From: a virus
Length of the DNA stretch: 64,000 nucleotides
IMG/VR virus record: IMGVR_UViG_3300005533_000002
Coordinates: 13,117 to 77,116 of that record
Reading direction: 5' to 3' (one strand)
Shown: piece by piece, positions 18,302 through 27,616 of the stretch
Position numbering within the stretch: the first letter of the stretch is position 1
Layout: each line of letters opens with the position of its first letter
Notes under the pieces: model-generated
What the model was told of the DNA's origin: nothing
Seen by the model: only the letters and a program-made list of their open reading frames with translations
Database searches by the model: none
Made by a program: the position numbers and the translations under genes

Positions 18302-19760
18302 TCATCGATCGAATTGGGACTGATGGTTAGTTGCATAAGCCATCAATCTCTTGTGTAGAATTCTAAAAGCAAACGCAGCTTGCAACGCCACAACTCCATT
18401 GCCGGCTGCCCTGAGCTGATCAACCCGATATTGGTCTATTGCCACCTTTTTAAGGCGTTCCGTCTTCCCAACTCTGCCAGGCATTCGGCGCCGCAAACCT
18501 TGGTAGTCCTCTTTATGGGAAGAAATTCCTGTTGGCAAATCAGGCACTGTTTCACTTTTCTCTTCGGCTGACTTCCAATTGCCTGGTCCTCTACGCGATG
18601 GCATTGACTGCATAGAACTCTCACCATATCCGGTTGATTGGCAATGTCCGGATGATGTCTTTGCAAACTGTCTGTAGATCCACAAAGCTCGCACGAAATC
18701 AACGTCACCGCTCGCTGAGCGCGCTTCCTGGATGCACGCTTGGATGGCTTCAACAGCTTCTTGGCTTCCCCGTGGCACTTCCGAGAGCAGTATTTGACTT
18801 TCTTCCAATCCTTGCTCTCGATTGGCAACGAACAGTTCAAGCAGACTTTCATTAATTCTTCTCCAGTTATCAAAGTCCACCAACTTGGCAATCCCATCAT
18901 CCAGGAAACGAATGCCGGGTTCAGTCGCCGGCGCGAGGTCCGGACGTTCTCGCAAGATTTCTGCCCAGACGGATGATACTGATGGGCCTGGAGGGAAAGC
19001 GGCGTTCCGCCCTGAGAAAACCTCTTGTAACCGGCTTTGGCCTCTGTGGCTGTCGGAGTTGTCCACATTAGACATTGTTCGCCAGGGGGGGCGTGAGTTC
19101 TTCTCCAGGGTTTCGCGACTGGCCTCTCCCGATTTGTAATCTCTTGAACTCGGTGTCGCCCACCATACTACTGCCGTTTCCAGGGACAAGTCGTGATGAT
19201 TCTTGTGCCGCTCCCGTATTGCTACTCTGCCACCATTGGGCACCTTGCAAGTGGGCCAAAATAAAGACTCTCTTGCGGATATGCGGGGCGCCGATCTGGG
19301 CAGCCGAGAAAGTTTCCCAGCAAGCATCATACCCGAGCGCGGCCAGCGACCCGCAAACGGAGTCGATTCCTCGAACAAGGAGGGCGTCAACGTTTTCCAC
19401 GAAGACGTAAGATGGTCGAACTTCGCCAACGATTCGAGCCATTTCGTACCAGAGACCGCTTCGCTCGCCACGGATGCCGGCCATCTTGCCGGCGTTGCTG
19501 ATGTCCTGGCACGGGAAGCCGCCAACGACGCAATCCACAACTCCGCGCCACGGTTTGCCGTCGAAGGTTCGGATATCTGACCAAATAGGGAACGGAGCCA
19601 AGCAGCCTTCTTGCATGCGTTGTACCAGTAAGGCGCAGGCATAAGCCTCCCTCTCCACGCCGCAGACGACGCGAGAGTTTGTAACGGCCAACTCGACTCC
19701 AAAGTCAAGTCCGTAGCAGCCGCTGAAGAGGGACAGCACGTTAAAGGCATGTGAATCCAC
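18302..19760 (-). CDS. DNA cytosine-C5 methyltransferase split by a +1 frameshift at C7 (19085-19091)
   Basis: Motifs I (SLFSG), IV (GFPCQD), VI (ENV), VIII (RKRVF) in 19068-19760; motif X (RVDQLRAAGNGVV) in the next frame ending 18302. Confidence 0.8.
18436..18852 (-). CDS. HNH/Zn-finger endonuclease-like gene nested in another frame of the C5-MTase
   Basis: GGAG RBS plus ATG 18852; YCSRKC, CELCG...QRHH.D...LCSQCH, CLICQQEF...CGAEC. Confidence 0.7.
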   Translation of the reverse strand: MKVCLNCSLPIESKDWKKVKYCSRKCHGEAKKLLKPSKRASRKRAQRAVTLISCELCGSTDSLQRHHPDIANQPDMVRVLCSQCHRVEDQAIGSQPKRKVKQCLICQQEFLPIKRTTKVCGAECLAELGRRNALKRWQ

Positions 19761-19784
19761 ATTACTCCGCTCGCTCGTTAAAAA

Positions 19785-20687
19785 TCACGTTGTTGCAGTA
19801 ATATCGAACATCACTAACTTACCCTGTTCCGCACAGCGCCTCGTTGCCAGATCGATCTGTGACTGCCTGATATCGATGCCGATTCCGTTTCGTCCCAGCC
19901 TGTCTGCCACAGCAACCGTAGTGCCGCTACCCGAGAACGGGTCGAGAACTGTCCCGCCCGGCGGACAGAAGCTTTTGATGAAAAACTCAACCAGCTTCTC
20001 GGGGAATGGGGCTTCATTCTGCGAGGCATACTCATCTCCGCCCATGAGGCCGCATCCAACTGGTACGCTAATGATGTTGCCGGGGTTAGAAATATGGGGA
20101 TGGATGTATCCATTTGAATCCAGCTTTAATTTTCCTTCTTTACCCCTGCTTCCGCAAGTTGTTGTTTTGTTGCCGATTCTTCGCCCATCTGGCAAGCGGT
20201 GGCTAGCCGCGCCGCCGCTCTGGTATTTCGGCTCATGGCCACATGCCGTGTTGTCCGAGTACGGCAGCTTTCCTTTTCGGGTAACGCAGATGATAAATTC
20301 GTAATCGTTACGCAGCCAATCCGGGCCGCCAGAGCCTGGTATGCCAACGCGACGGAATATCGGTGGCTTGCGCAGATTGAAGCCGGCTCCGTGCAAGTCA
20401 GCCATCAGTAGGGCTGGCGTGGCGGACCAGCGGAACTTAGTCGTCTTCCCCTCGATGACGCACGCGATCAGACCCCGACAGACGCGCGCGCATTCGCCAA
20501 ACACTTTCATCATCCAGGCAACGTATTCCTCGCCGCGCAGATTGAATCCGATCCCGTATGTCCGAGCGTCCTCGTAAGGCGGAGAAAACATACACAGGTC
20601 TACCGAGTCGGCCGGCATCGTCCTTATGACTTCAAGGCAGTCGCCACAGTGGAAGTTCCAGGACACAGGCAGTTCCCCCATGTTCAC
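19785..20687 (-). CDS. Beta-class amino (N4-C/N6-A) DNA methyltransferase
   Basis: FSPPY before VLDPFSGSGTT. Confidence 0.9.
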   Translation of the reverse strand: MNMGELPVSWNFHCGDCLEVIRTMPADSVDLCMFSPPYEDARTYGIGFNLRGEEYVAWMMKVFGECARVCRGLIACVIEGKTTKFRWSATPALLMADLHGAGFNLRKPPIFRRVGIPGSGGPDWLRNDYEFIICVTRKGKLPYSDNTACGHEPKYQSGGAASHRLPDGRRIGNKTTTCGSRGKEGKLKLDSNGYIHPHISNPGNIISVPVGCGLMGGDEYASQNEAPFPEKLVEFFIKSFCPPGGTVLDPFSGSGTTVAVADRLGRNGIGIDIRQSQIDLATRRCAEQGKLVMFDITATT

Positions 20688-20715
20688 AGTTACTCAAAAC
20701 TTTGAGCAGCTCACC

Positions 20716-20961
20716 CTAATCGAACGGCTCTGATCCACGGCAGCCACGTCCCACGCGCACCATGCTTTTTGTCATCCGGCTAAACGGCGTGTTTGAGAAC
20801 TGGCATTCTTCGGCGGCACACTCTGTGCAGCGACGGCGCATGCTGCCTTGCCTGACGCCAGCAACGGAATGGCCGCACGAGAGCAAGTACAGCTGCAAGC
20901 CCTTGGGCAGATTCTGTAGGACGCGAACGACAGTGCGGAATGGATGCAGTTTCCTGGACAT
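20716..20961 (-). CDS. Small Zn-ribbon protein
   Basis: LSCGH...RRRCTEC. Confidence 0.45.
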   Translation of the reverse strand: MSRKLHPFRTVVRVLQNLPKGLQLYLLSCGHSVAGVRQGSMRRRCTECAAEECQFSNTPFSRMTKSMVRVGRGCRGSEPFD

Positions 20962-21050
20962 TGAGTGTCTTCGCTTTGAAAGTGGTTTGATTGTCATCGC
21001 CTGATTTTGAACCGCCCGTACCGTAATTATAGCAAACCTGTCTTCCAAGT

Positions 21051-21392
21051 CTATGATGCGGACCCAGTAGATTTGCAAAATGCTGACCCGAGTAGAGCCA
21101 GTGCCTCGCCAGAGCGAATCATGTCTGCGGTGGCACGAATGACGACCCAACCACAGATAGCAGCCTCGCTGTACTTCTGGCAATCGTTGGCGTAACCCTT
21201 GCCGCGAACGTGGCGCCCACCGGTCCAGGTTGCGCCCTCACGCTCAAAGGCAATCCGCTGCTCAGGCCATGCAAAATCAAAGCGCCACTTACGCTTGCCG
21301 CTAAGACCTGTAAACAGATACTCAGCATGCGGCTCGGGAATGCCACATGCCGCAAATATAACCGCCAGTTTACAGCTCGCCGTTTTCGCCAT
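21051..21392 (-). CDS. PD-(D/E)xK endonuclease (phage Vsr/DUF559-like)
   Basis: RKWRFDFAWP...FEREG.TW.GGRH.RG.GY..D..KY..A...GW. Confidence 0.8.
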   Translation of the reverse strand: MAKTASCKLAVIFAACGIPEPHAEYLFTGLSGKRKWRFDFAWPEQRIAFEREGATWTGGRHVRGKGYANDCQKYSEAAICGWVVIRATADMIRSGEALALLGSAFCKSTGSAS

Positions 21393-22938
21393 GTGATACT
21401 ACTTTCTTGATTTTGCCGATTTGTGTCCCAGCCTGTTTCTTGGTCATTCCCTCGACCCATGTCCCGTGCATCCTTAGGAAGAACTCTTGCTTGCTGGTGG
21501 CCGGCGCCGGAAATGTCTGTTCGTAGGCAATGGCCTGGTCTAATAGATACGCTGCTTCGCCCTTGGTGGGGTAGCGAGCTATCTTTAGTCCGAAGCCGGC
21601 CAGTGCCTGTAGCTGCTTCTCGCTGGCGTCGTCATTGTGCCAATTGCGGGTTGCTCGATATCCATCCAGGGAAGGCAACTCGGGCCACGGACACACGCTT
21701 TTGAGTCGCCATTTCACAATGCCGTTGCAACTCTCTTCCCAAACTCTTTCTTGCCGTTCCTTTTCCTCGCGCTCTTCCTGGGCCAGTACTTCTGTAATAC
21801 TGATACCTTCCGCGCTCTTTCTCTTGGCCCCAAGAAGAGAAGTAACGGTAATCAGTTTGTGCCGCTTGCAGTTGTCCGTGATGTCCAGAATCAAGCAATC
21901 GCGCTTCTCGTGATTGTGTTTGGGCCGGCGTAGACCCCTGCCGATGCACTGCGTGTAAAAAGCTCGGCTCTCGGTCGGACGGGCCATGATAATGCACGAG
22001 CAATCGGGGTCGTCAAAGCCCTCGGTAAGTATCTCGCAATTGACTAGCACCTGTACTCGGCCAGCAGCGAACCGATGGAGCCAGTCACGTCTTTCCTCGA
22101 GAGCCATCCTGCCGCTCACGCACGCAGAGGCGAAGCCGGCCTCAGAGAATTCGAGAGCCAGATTGTGCGCGTGGGACAGATTCACCGCAAACACGATAGC
22201 CCTTCTGCTGCCGCCACGCTTCCGGAACGCCTGGACAATGGCTCGATTTCGCGCATGCGTGTTGACCGCTTCAGCAAGCTCGCCTTCGGCGAAATCGCCC
22301 ATCCTGGTGGAAACGGTATCCAAGTCGGTTTCCGTCTCAATCTGATACTGGACGATATCCACTAGGTGCTTTTCGCGAATAGCCTGGATGAGCGGATAGA
22401 CGTAGACAGGTTCATTCCCGAACCACTTGGCTAAGCCTTTCCCATCTAGACGTTCCGGGGTCGCCGTCACACCGAGCTTGTAGCCGGCATCGAAGTAAGC
22501 GAACGCCCGGTCAAACGTCGGCGCTGGCACATGATGGCATTCGTCAATTATCAATACTCCGAAACGGTCTTTCGGAATCCGTTCCAATCGTTTAAGCCCG
22601 AGGCTCTGTATGGAAGCAACCACTACATCCCCATAATCTTCGTGCCGGTCTGCCTTGATGATTCCGGTAGTTGCCGTTGGCCACAGCTCGCATACCGTCC
22701 TGATGGTCTGATGGATCAGCTCATCGCGATGCACCATGACCAAGGTCGGCAGCCCGAGCAGACGAGCCAGCTCGGCGAACACAAACGTCTTGCCGCAGCC
22801 GGTGGGCAGAACGATGAGACCACGCCGTTTCTTATCCAGGATAGCCTCAAGAGCCCTCTCGATTGCCTGGCGTTGGTACGACCTCAACAGGGGGTTGAGT
22901 GCGGCCATCCGCCATCTGGATGGTTCCGTTGACGACAT
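21370..22938 (-). CDS. Superfamily 2 DEAD/DEAH helicase
   Basis: LRSYQ, LPTGCGKT, DECHH, TATP, LTEGFD, QCIGRGLR. Confidence 0.92.
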   Translation of the reverse strand: MSSTEPSRWRMAALNPLLRSYQRQAIERALEAILDKKRRGLIVLPTGCGKTFVFAELARLLGLPTLVMVHRDELIHQTIRTVCELWPTATTGIIKADRHEDYGDVVVASIQSLGLKRLERIPKDRFGVLIIDECHHVPAPTFDRAFAYFDAGYKLGVTATPERLDGKGLAKWFGNEPVYVYPLIQAIREKHLVDIVQYQIETETDLDTVSTRMGDFAEGELAEAVNTHARNRAIVQAFRKRGGSRRAIVFAVNLSHAHNLALEFSEAGFASACVSGRMALEERRDWLHRFAAGRVQVLVNCEILTEGFDDPDCSCIIMARPTESRAFYTQCIGRGLRRPKHNHEKRDCLILDITDNCKRHKLITVTSLLGAKRKSAEGISITEVLAQEEREEKERQERVWEESCNGIVKWRLKSVCPWPELPSLDGYRATRNWHNDDASEKQLQALAGFGLKIARYPTKGEAAYLLDQAIAYEQTFPAPATSKQEFFLRMHGTWVEGMTKKQAGTQIGKIKKVVSHGENGEL

Positions 22939-23398
22939 AGGCAATCGGCGGCAACTCTCCTTCGTATCGAAGAGAGTGTTCTGTTTTGAGTAGTTGTTTG
23001 TAGAGAGATTCCCACTCATCATAACTCTCGCATTTAACAGACGCAAGGTTAGACAACTCTTTTTTTGCTTGCGGGCTCCACGCGGTCGCCTGCCGTCTGT
23101 ATACCGAATCCATCTCAAGGCGCCACTCCTGTTGCCAGTCGATAGGATATTCCGGCTTGGGCTGGGGCCGAAGTAGGGCCATGAGATTGAATTTGTGTTT
23201 CTTGATCTTGGCCCGCAAATCGTCAGAAAGGCCCCCAGGAGACACTTTCACCTGTTCCCCGTCCAAAATGGCTTGGAAGCCGTTTCGGTGCAATTCCATC
23301 AGAACCGTGAGGGCTGTTTCGCCATTCTCTGCTCGGAGCCTGGAAAGGATGTCCGCTGCTCGGGAACGAAGGATGGTGGACCAGTCATTTTGAGGCAT
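22847..23398 (-). CDS. Primase-associated hypothetical protein (TubC N-terminal-like segment)
   Basis: LMELHRNG....LDGEQVKVSPGGLSDDLRAKIKKHK..LMALL. Confidence 0.5.
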   Translation of the reverse strand: MPQNDWSTILRSRAADILSRLRAENGETALTVLMELHRNGFQAILDGEQVKVSPGGLSDDLRAKIKKHKFNLMALLRPQPKPEYPIDWQQEWRLEMDSVYRRQATAWSPQAKKELSNLASVKCESYDEWESLYKQLLKTEHSLRYEGELPPIAYVVNGTIQMADGRTQPPVEVVPTPGNREGS

Positions 23399-23421
23399 TG
23401 CGGTTCTTTCCTATGATTGTT

Positions 23422-23693
23422 TGTCGCACTTGTCGCAACTCGTCGCAACTTTTTTGCGACACATTTAACCCGTTATTTTTCAATGGTTTAGATTCGTTTT
23501 CCTGTACCTTGTCGCAGTGTCGCAAGGGTTGACTCCCCAAATCTCAGTTTTCACTTTTGTGTGAAAACATGCTCTTTTTTATCCTTCTTAGTTGCGACAT
23601 GCGACAAACAGACACAAAAACATCTAAGTGATTGTTATAAGAGACGTTACGACTCAAGAACGTTGCGACAAATCTTTGCGACAAGTTGCGACA
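23422..23693. repeat. Putative replication origin with 11 TGTCGCA/TGCGACA iterons
   Basis: Copies at 23422, 23431, 23441 (1 mismatch), 23455, 23510, 23518, 23593, 23600, 23664, 23677, 23687 with AT-rich spacers, at the 3' end of prim-pol. Confidence 0.75.
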
Positions 23694-25936
23694 GCCTTCG
23701 CCAATGCAAATTCGCCTGTTTCTTGTACGCTGCCAATCCCTCGGTCTTCCAAATCCTTGATGATGCTCTTGGCATGACTGGCCTTTTTGGCGAAGTGGGC
23801 GCGCTGAAGGTCCCTGGGTTTGCATTTACCTTGTCCTTTTTCTTTAATCCACTCGATGATTTCTTGCATCCGCTTATCACCCTCATCCGCCTTCATGGAT
23901 TGGTACGTCCGCCTACAGTGTGCTTTGAAGTAGTCTATAGCCAGCCAGGCCCCCATTGCTGCACCCACACCCACATACCGAGCGTCACAGCCCTCGGTGA
24001 CATGAGCAAGGAAATGCAGCACCAGGGCTATTCGGTAGTAGTAAGCTTTCATCTTCGCCCACGGTCCGACCATGTTCAGCGGGAAGTCTTTCGCGTTACG
24101 CTCTCTCGCATGTTCGGCGAACCATAGTTCTGATATCTTCTGGCCCTCTGGGTCGAAGTACACAGTGGTCGGAATTTCGGTGCCGTTGCGACCGATTTCC
24201 GGTTCTAGCTGATACAGGCGATTGACGGCATCCCGCCAACTTTCTTCAGCGTCTTCCGAGAGCGGCTCGCCAATCCTTTCCGGCCATCTCTTGGATGCCG
24301 GATAACTGAAGAGGATACGGTGAATGAACCCATCCTCTCTAGCTCTTTCATCACAGAGCATGCCGATCATGTCGGGCTGGATGTTGCCAAATACGGTTAC
24401 AAATGGCCGATGGACAATCACCGGACCACTTTCGCCCTGGTTCTTCCTATCCACCTTCGCTTGGCCGCCGCTCCAGCAGCTCAACCAGAATTGCCGGTCA
24501 TTACCCTTGCCGCCGGCCTTGTACTGATTCATCGAACTGACCCAGCTCGTCACTTCGTCCTTCATCATGGCGAAGCCGCGTGGTGTTTCCTGAAGCATGC
24601 AAGCCATCGCTTCGGTGGTCGCATCGCTCGTGTAGACGTGCGGGTAACGCGGCTTGCTTGGGCGCTGCCGGACTATAACTTTCGAACCCGGCTTTCGCGA
24701 CATTTGGCGCTCGGCCTCGTAGTGAGCCAATTCATCTTCGTATTGCTGCTTCCTGAACTCGAAATCCCTGGACAGAATCTCTTGCCGTTCGTACAGAGGT
24801 TCGCACACTATGTCGAGCGCCGGGCTTTTTGCTTCGCCGGGGTCCGCCACGAGGGCAAGATACAGCCGTGCGCATTCCCGCCATTTCCGGGAAACGTAAA
24901 TCGCCCTGGACGTGCCAATAGCGGTTGCTGCCACGCCCAGCACAAACAGGGCCGGGAAATCCATCGGACAAGACAGCGATTGCGAAACTTCGCGCACAAA
25001 ACGCTGAATAACCGGCGGGAAGATTTCTATTGGCCAATCCGGCACTGGAATCTTGGGAAGCGGCTCAATCGGAACGCCATCGTCTATGGGTTCGGGTTGG
25101 TAGCGGCCGACGCTACGCGCAATCCGCTCAATATCCGCCAATGATAGCGGCGGGTCGCACACCGCCTCATTCATCGCGGCAATGGCTCTGGCAATCATTG
25201 CCGCCGAAGCGCCGTGCCGGCGCATCAAGCCGGCTTGCCGGGTTAGGAAATCGTCGCGCCCACCCTCGGCAATTCTTTGCAGCTCGCCGAAGACTGGTGC
25301 GGCACTTTGTGATTGACTGTCTGGTGTTAATTCTCGCAGTAACCAAGCTGGGGCTGGCGCGGTCTTGGTTTCTTGCGGACTGCGTCCTGGCTTCCATTCG
25401 TACCGGCGTCCGCTTGCGTGCCGCGATGGCGGCAGGACTGTTTGGGCGCCTGTCGCCTGAATACGGACCTCGGACCCTTTGCCCTGTTGCTCGCTGGTTG
25501 TGCGGCAACGGAAACCCGGCGGAATGGCGTACAGCAGCCCGCGCCCGCCGACCTCGCGACCACTGCTAAACTCTAAGGTGCCTGGCAAATCGCCTTCACT
25601 CATTCTCTGTAGAGCGATTTCACCTGCTTCGCCCTCTATGTCGATGCGCACCAGTCCGCTCACTGCGCCCAGAGCGATACCAACGTTGGCGTTTGGGTTC
25701 TGGTGCCAGCGGTCACGTAGTTCCTCTTCCGTGGGCAAGCGTTCCTGAAATTCCTTCCAAAGCCCGAGCGGCCTTTTGCCGGGACTGGAACAGGTTTTGC
25801 CATGATCGCGCCCGACGCCAACATGGTCCGGCGGACAGATGGCCAGCGGCGACCAGCCAAGCGAAAGGTAAAAAAGGGCCGCCTCCAAGCAATCGTTTCC
25901 GTCTTGGAGACGGCCCCCTACTCCTGCATCCGTCAT
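23654..25936 (-). CDS. Bifunctional primase/polymerase + PriCT + DUF3987 (YfjI-like helicase)
   Basis: GKRP..W, PNANVGI..G, RIDIE, VLPPSRH.SG..Y.W, GGRDD.L, ADPGEAKSP, KDE, DGFIHR. Confidence 0.88.
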   Translation of the reverse strand: MTDAGVGGRLQDGNDCLEAALFYLSLGWSPLAICPPDHVGVGRDHGKTCSSPGKRPLGLWKEFQERLPTEEELRDRWHQNPNANVGIALGAVSGLVRIDIEGEAGEIALQRMSEGDLPGTLEFSSGREVGGRGLLYAIPPGFRCRTTSEQQGKGSEVRIQATGAQTVLPPSRHASGRRYEWKPGRSPQETKTAPAPAWLLRELTPDSQSQSAAPVFGELQRIAEGGRDDFLTRQAGLMRRHGASAAMIARAIAAMNEAVCDPPLSLADIERIARSVGRYQPEPIDDGVPIEPLPKIPVPDWPIEIFPPVIQRFVREVSQSLSCPMDFPALFVLGVAATAIGTSRAIYVSRKWRECARLYLALVADPGEAKSPALDIVCEPLYERQEILSRDFEFRKQQYEDELAHYEAERQMSRKPGSKVIVRQRPSKPRYPHVYTSDATTEAMACMLQETPRGFAMMKDEVTSWVSSMNQYKAGGKGNDRQFWLSCWSGGQAKVDRKNQGESGPVIVHRPFVTVFGNIQPDMIGMLCDERAREDGFIHRILFSYPASKRWPERIGEPLSEDAEESWRDAVNRLYQLEPEIGRNGTEIPTTVYFDPEGQKISELWFAEHARERNAKDFPLNMVGPWAKMKAYYYRIALVLHFLAHVTEGCDARYVGVGAAMGAWLAIDYFKAHCRRTYQSMKADEGDKRMQEIIEWIKEKGQGKCKPRDLQRAHFAKKASHAKSIIKDLEDRGIGSVQETGEFALAKAVATCRKDLSQRS

Positions 25937-25974
25937 TGGTGGGGAGTCCTATTTTGCGTTGTAACGTTGGCCGG

Positions 25975-26508
25975 CTAGAAGACTTCTTCGGCGGGACCGT
26001 TGGGGCAACTGGCGCCGTAGTTCGCCTTTGGCTGGCTCTTCGCGCCCGCTGCTTCCTTGGCCGCTTTGAGCTTATCGGCGAACAGGGCGTTCAGGCGTGA
26101 AATGTTGTCCTGCCCAAGCTTGGCGCCCGCCGGCCCCCCGCCCCAGTACAGGTCCCATCGTTCCTTGTCTTCGCCCTTGTACTCTTCGTGTTTGCAGGTG
26201 ACGGTGATTTGCTTTCCGGCAAACACAAACGCTTGCGGATGGTTCGGGTCCAGGTATTCGAAGCCTTCCCGGTCGTACCCCAGATTTTGCAAATCCCGCA
26301 AAACGAAATCGATGGTTTCCGGCGTGATGTACCGGTACAAGGTGCGTTCGAACGCGGGGCACTTGATTGGCTTGCCGTCGCCGCCGATCTCGTTGAGAAG
26401 TGTAAAGGTGAAGAACACGAATGGGGTCTTCTTTTCTTTGGACTCGCCTAGGCCCGAGCTGACGATTTTGGCGAGATACTTTCCCTCAGATACCACTGCA
26501 CGCGGCAT
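25975..26508 (-). CDS. DUF669-like single-stranded DNA-binding protein
   Basis: EGKYLAKI...KTP, KHEEYKG, acidic tail EEVF; follows AAA_24 gene. Confidence 0.7.
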   Translation of the reverse strand: MPRAVVSEGKYLAKIVSSGLGESKEKKTPFVFFTFTLLNEIGGDGKPIKCPAFERTLYRYITPETIDFVLRDLQNLGYDREGFEYLDPNHPQAFVFAGKQITVTCKHEEYKGEDKERWDLYWGGGPAGAKLGQDNISRLNALFADKLKAAKEAAGAKSQPKANYGASCPNGPAEEVF

Positions 26509-26523
26509 GATTCGTACCTTTCA

Positions 26524-27453
26524 TTAAAACGGTGGTTGATTTGGATCGACTTCGGCAACGGGTTCTTGACTGGTTGTCATGGGCAGCGTTGCGGGAGGAT
26601 TCTCGGGCTCGGGCTGCGCCTGTCCGGCAGCCCTCGCGCCCTTGATGGCCGCCACAAAATTCGCCCAGCTTTCGTGCGGCTCCTTCCCCATGCTGATGCG
26701 CTCGGGCAATCCGTGCCTGTTCTTGGCGTCGAATGCGGCCGTCCTGGTCGTATACATCGTCCTGCCGCCGGCGCTCTTGCCCTTGGCCTTCAGCTCGCCC
26801 CGCCCCTTTTCTGCCAGCACGTCGAAATTGCCGAACAGGATGATGTCCGCCCACTTGGCCACATGGCCCCAAGTCTTCTCGTGCATCTCGGCCGCGTAGC
26901 GGTCGTAATCATCTCCCAAAGGGTTTTTGAACGTCTTAATTTTGGAATGAGCCAGAAGAACGAGCATAACCTTTTGCTCTTGCCTCAGACGGCCGAGCTT
27001 TTCGAGCAGCTCGGGCCAAAACTCGTTGGCGGCGATGTCCGGTCCCTTGCCGTAGCTGATGAACTTCTCCCAATCGCCTTGGTATTTTATACCGGCAATG
27101 TGCTCGAAGCACAAGCGCTCCGCTCCGTTGACCGTGTCGAGTACGACGGTTTTATTACCGCGCGGGTTCTGGATGAGGTAATCGATGGACCGAAGCAAAT
27201 CGGGCCAGTCCATAATCTCGTCGAAATGGTCCGTCGGTGGCACCAAGCCGTTGTCAATCAACGTCAACAGGCCGGTTTCGCCGCGAGTCATCAAGAAGAT
27301 CGGCTTTGGAGCGAATGCCGCGTAACTGCTCTTCCCGATCCCCTCCACGCCATGCAGTACAATCCTGCTTGGCAATCCGCCGCCGCCCCGGCTAATCACC
27401 GGGGCCGAATGTCCGTTGAACATGATTTTCCCTCTCACGGGTGATCCATCCAT
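26524..27453 (-). CDS. AAA_24 / Sak4-like ATPase (recombination)
   Basis: HGVEGIGKSS, VVLDT, LLAHS, WADIILF, AKNR. Confidence 0.88.
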   Translation of the reverse strand: MDGSPVRGKIMFNGHSAPVISRGGGGLPSRIVLHGVEGIGKSSYAAFAPKPIFLMTRGETGLLTLIDNGLVPPTDHFDEIMDWPDLLRSIDYLIQNPRGNKTVVLDTVNGAERLCFEHIAGIKYQGDWEKFISYGKGPDIAANEFWPELLEKLGRLRQEQKVMLVLLAHSKIKTFKNPLGDDYDRYAAEMHEKTWGHVAKWADIILFGNFDVLAEKGRGELKAKGKSAGGRTMYTTRTAAFDAKNRHGLPERISMGKEPHESWANFVAAIKGARAAGQAQPEPENPPATLPMTTSQEPVAEVDPNQPPF

Positions 27454-27477
27454 AACAACAACTCACAAAAACCACAG

Positions 27478-27557
27478 TAGGGCCGGCACGAATCGAACGT
27501 GCCTTCGCCGACTGGTGTACGGCCAGCCGACTTGTCGCGCGTAGCGCCAGCAGCCCC
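27478..27557 (-). ncRNA. Non-canonical tRNA-like element
   Basis: Acceptor GGGGCTG/CGGCCCT+A, T-arm GCACG-TTCGATT-CGTGC, 8-bp stem with loop CCGTACA, no normal D-arm, no CCA. Confidence 0.6.
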
Positions 27558-27616
27558 AGATGGCCGCTACGTCTACCAGCGGTCGAGCCATTCAGTTTGT
27601 TGCGCCATTGGCGCCC

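Noticed and set aside
18124-18336. 70-aa ORF MQLTISPNSIDDYRLFL, possibly a remnant of a deleted helicase gene
   Set aside because: Overlaps two better genes; resemblance is only a vague recollection
27478-27557. tRNA-Tyr, amber suppressor or tmRNA
   Set aside because: Loop centre is GTA not CTA, U33 and purine 37 are missing, there is no G3-U70 and no tag reading frame
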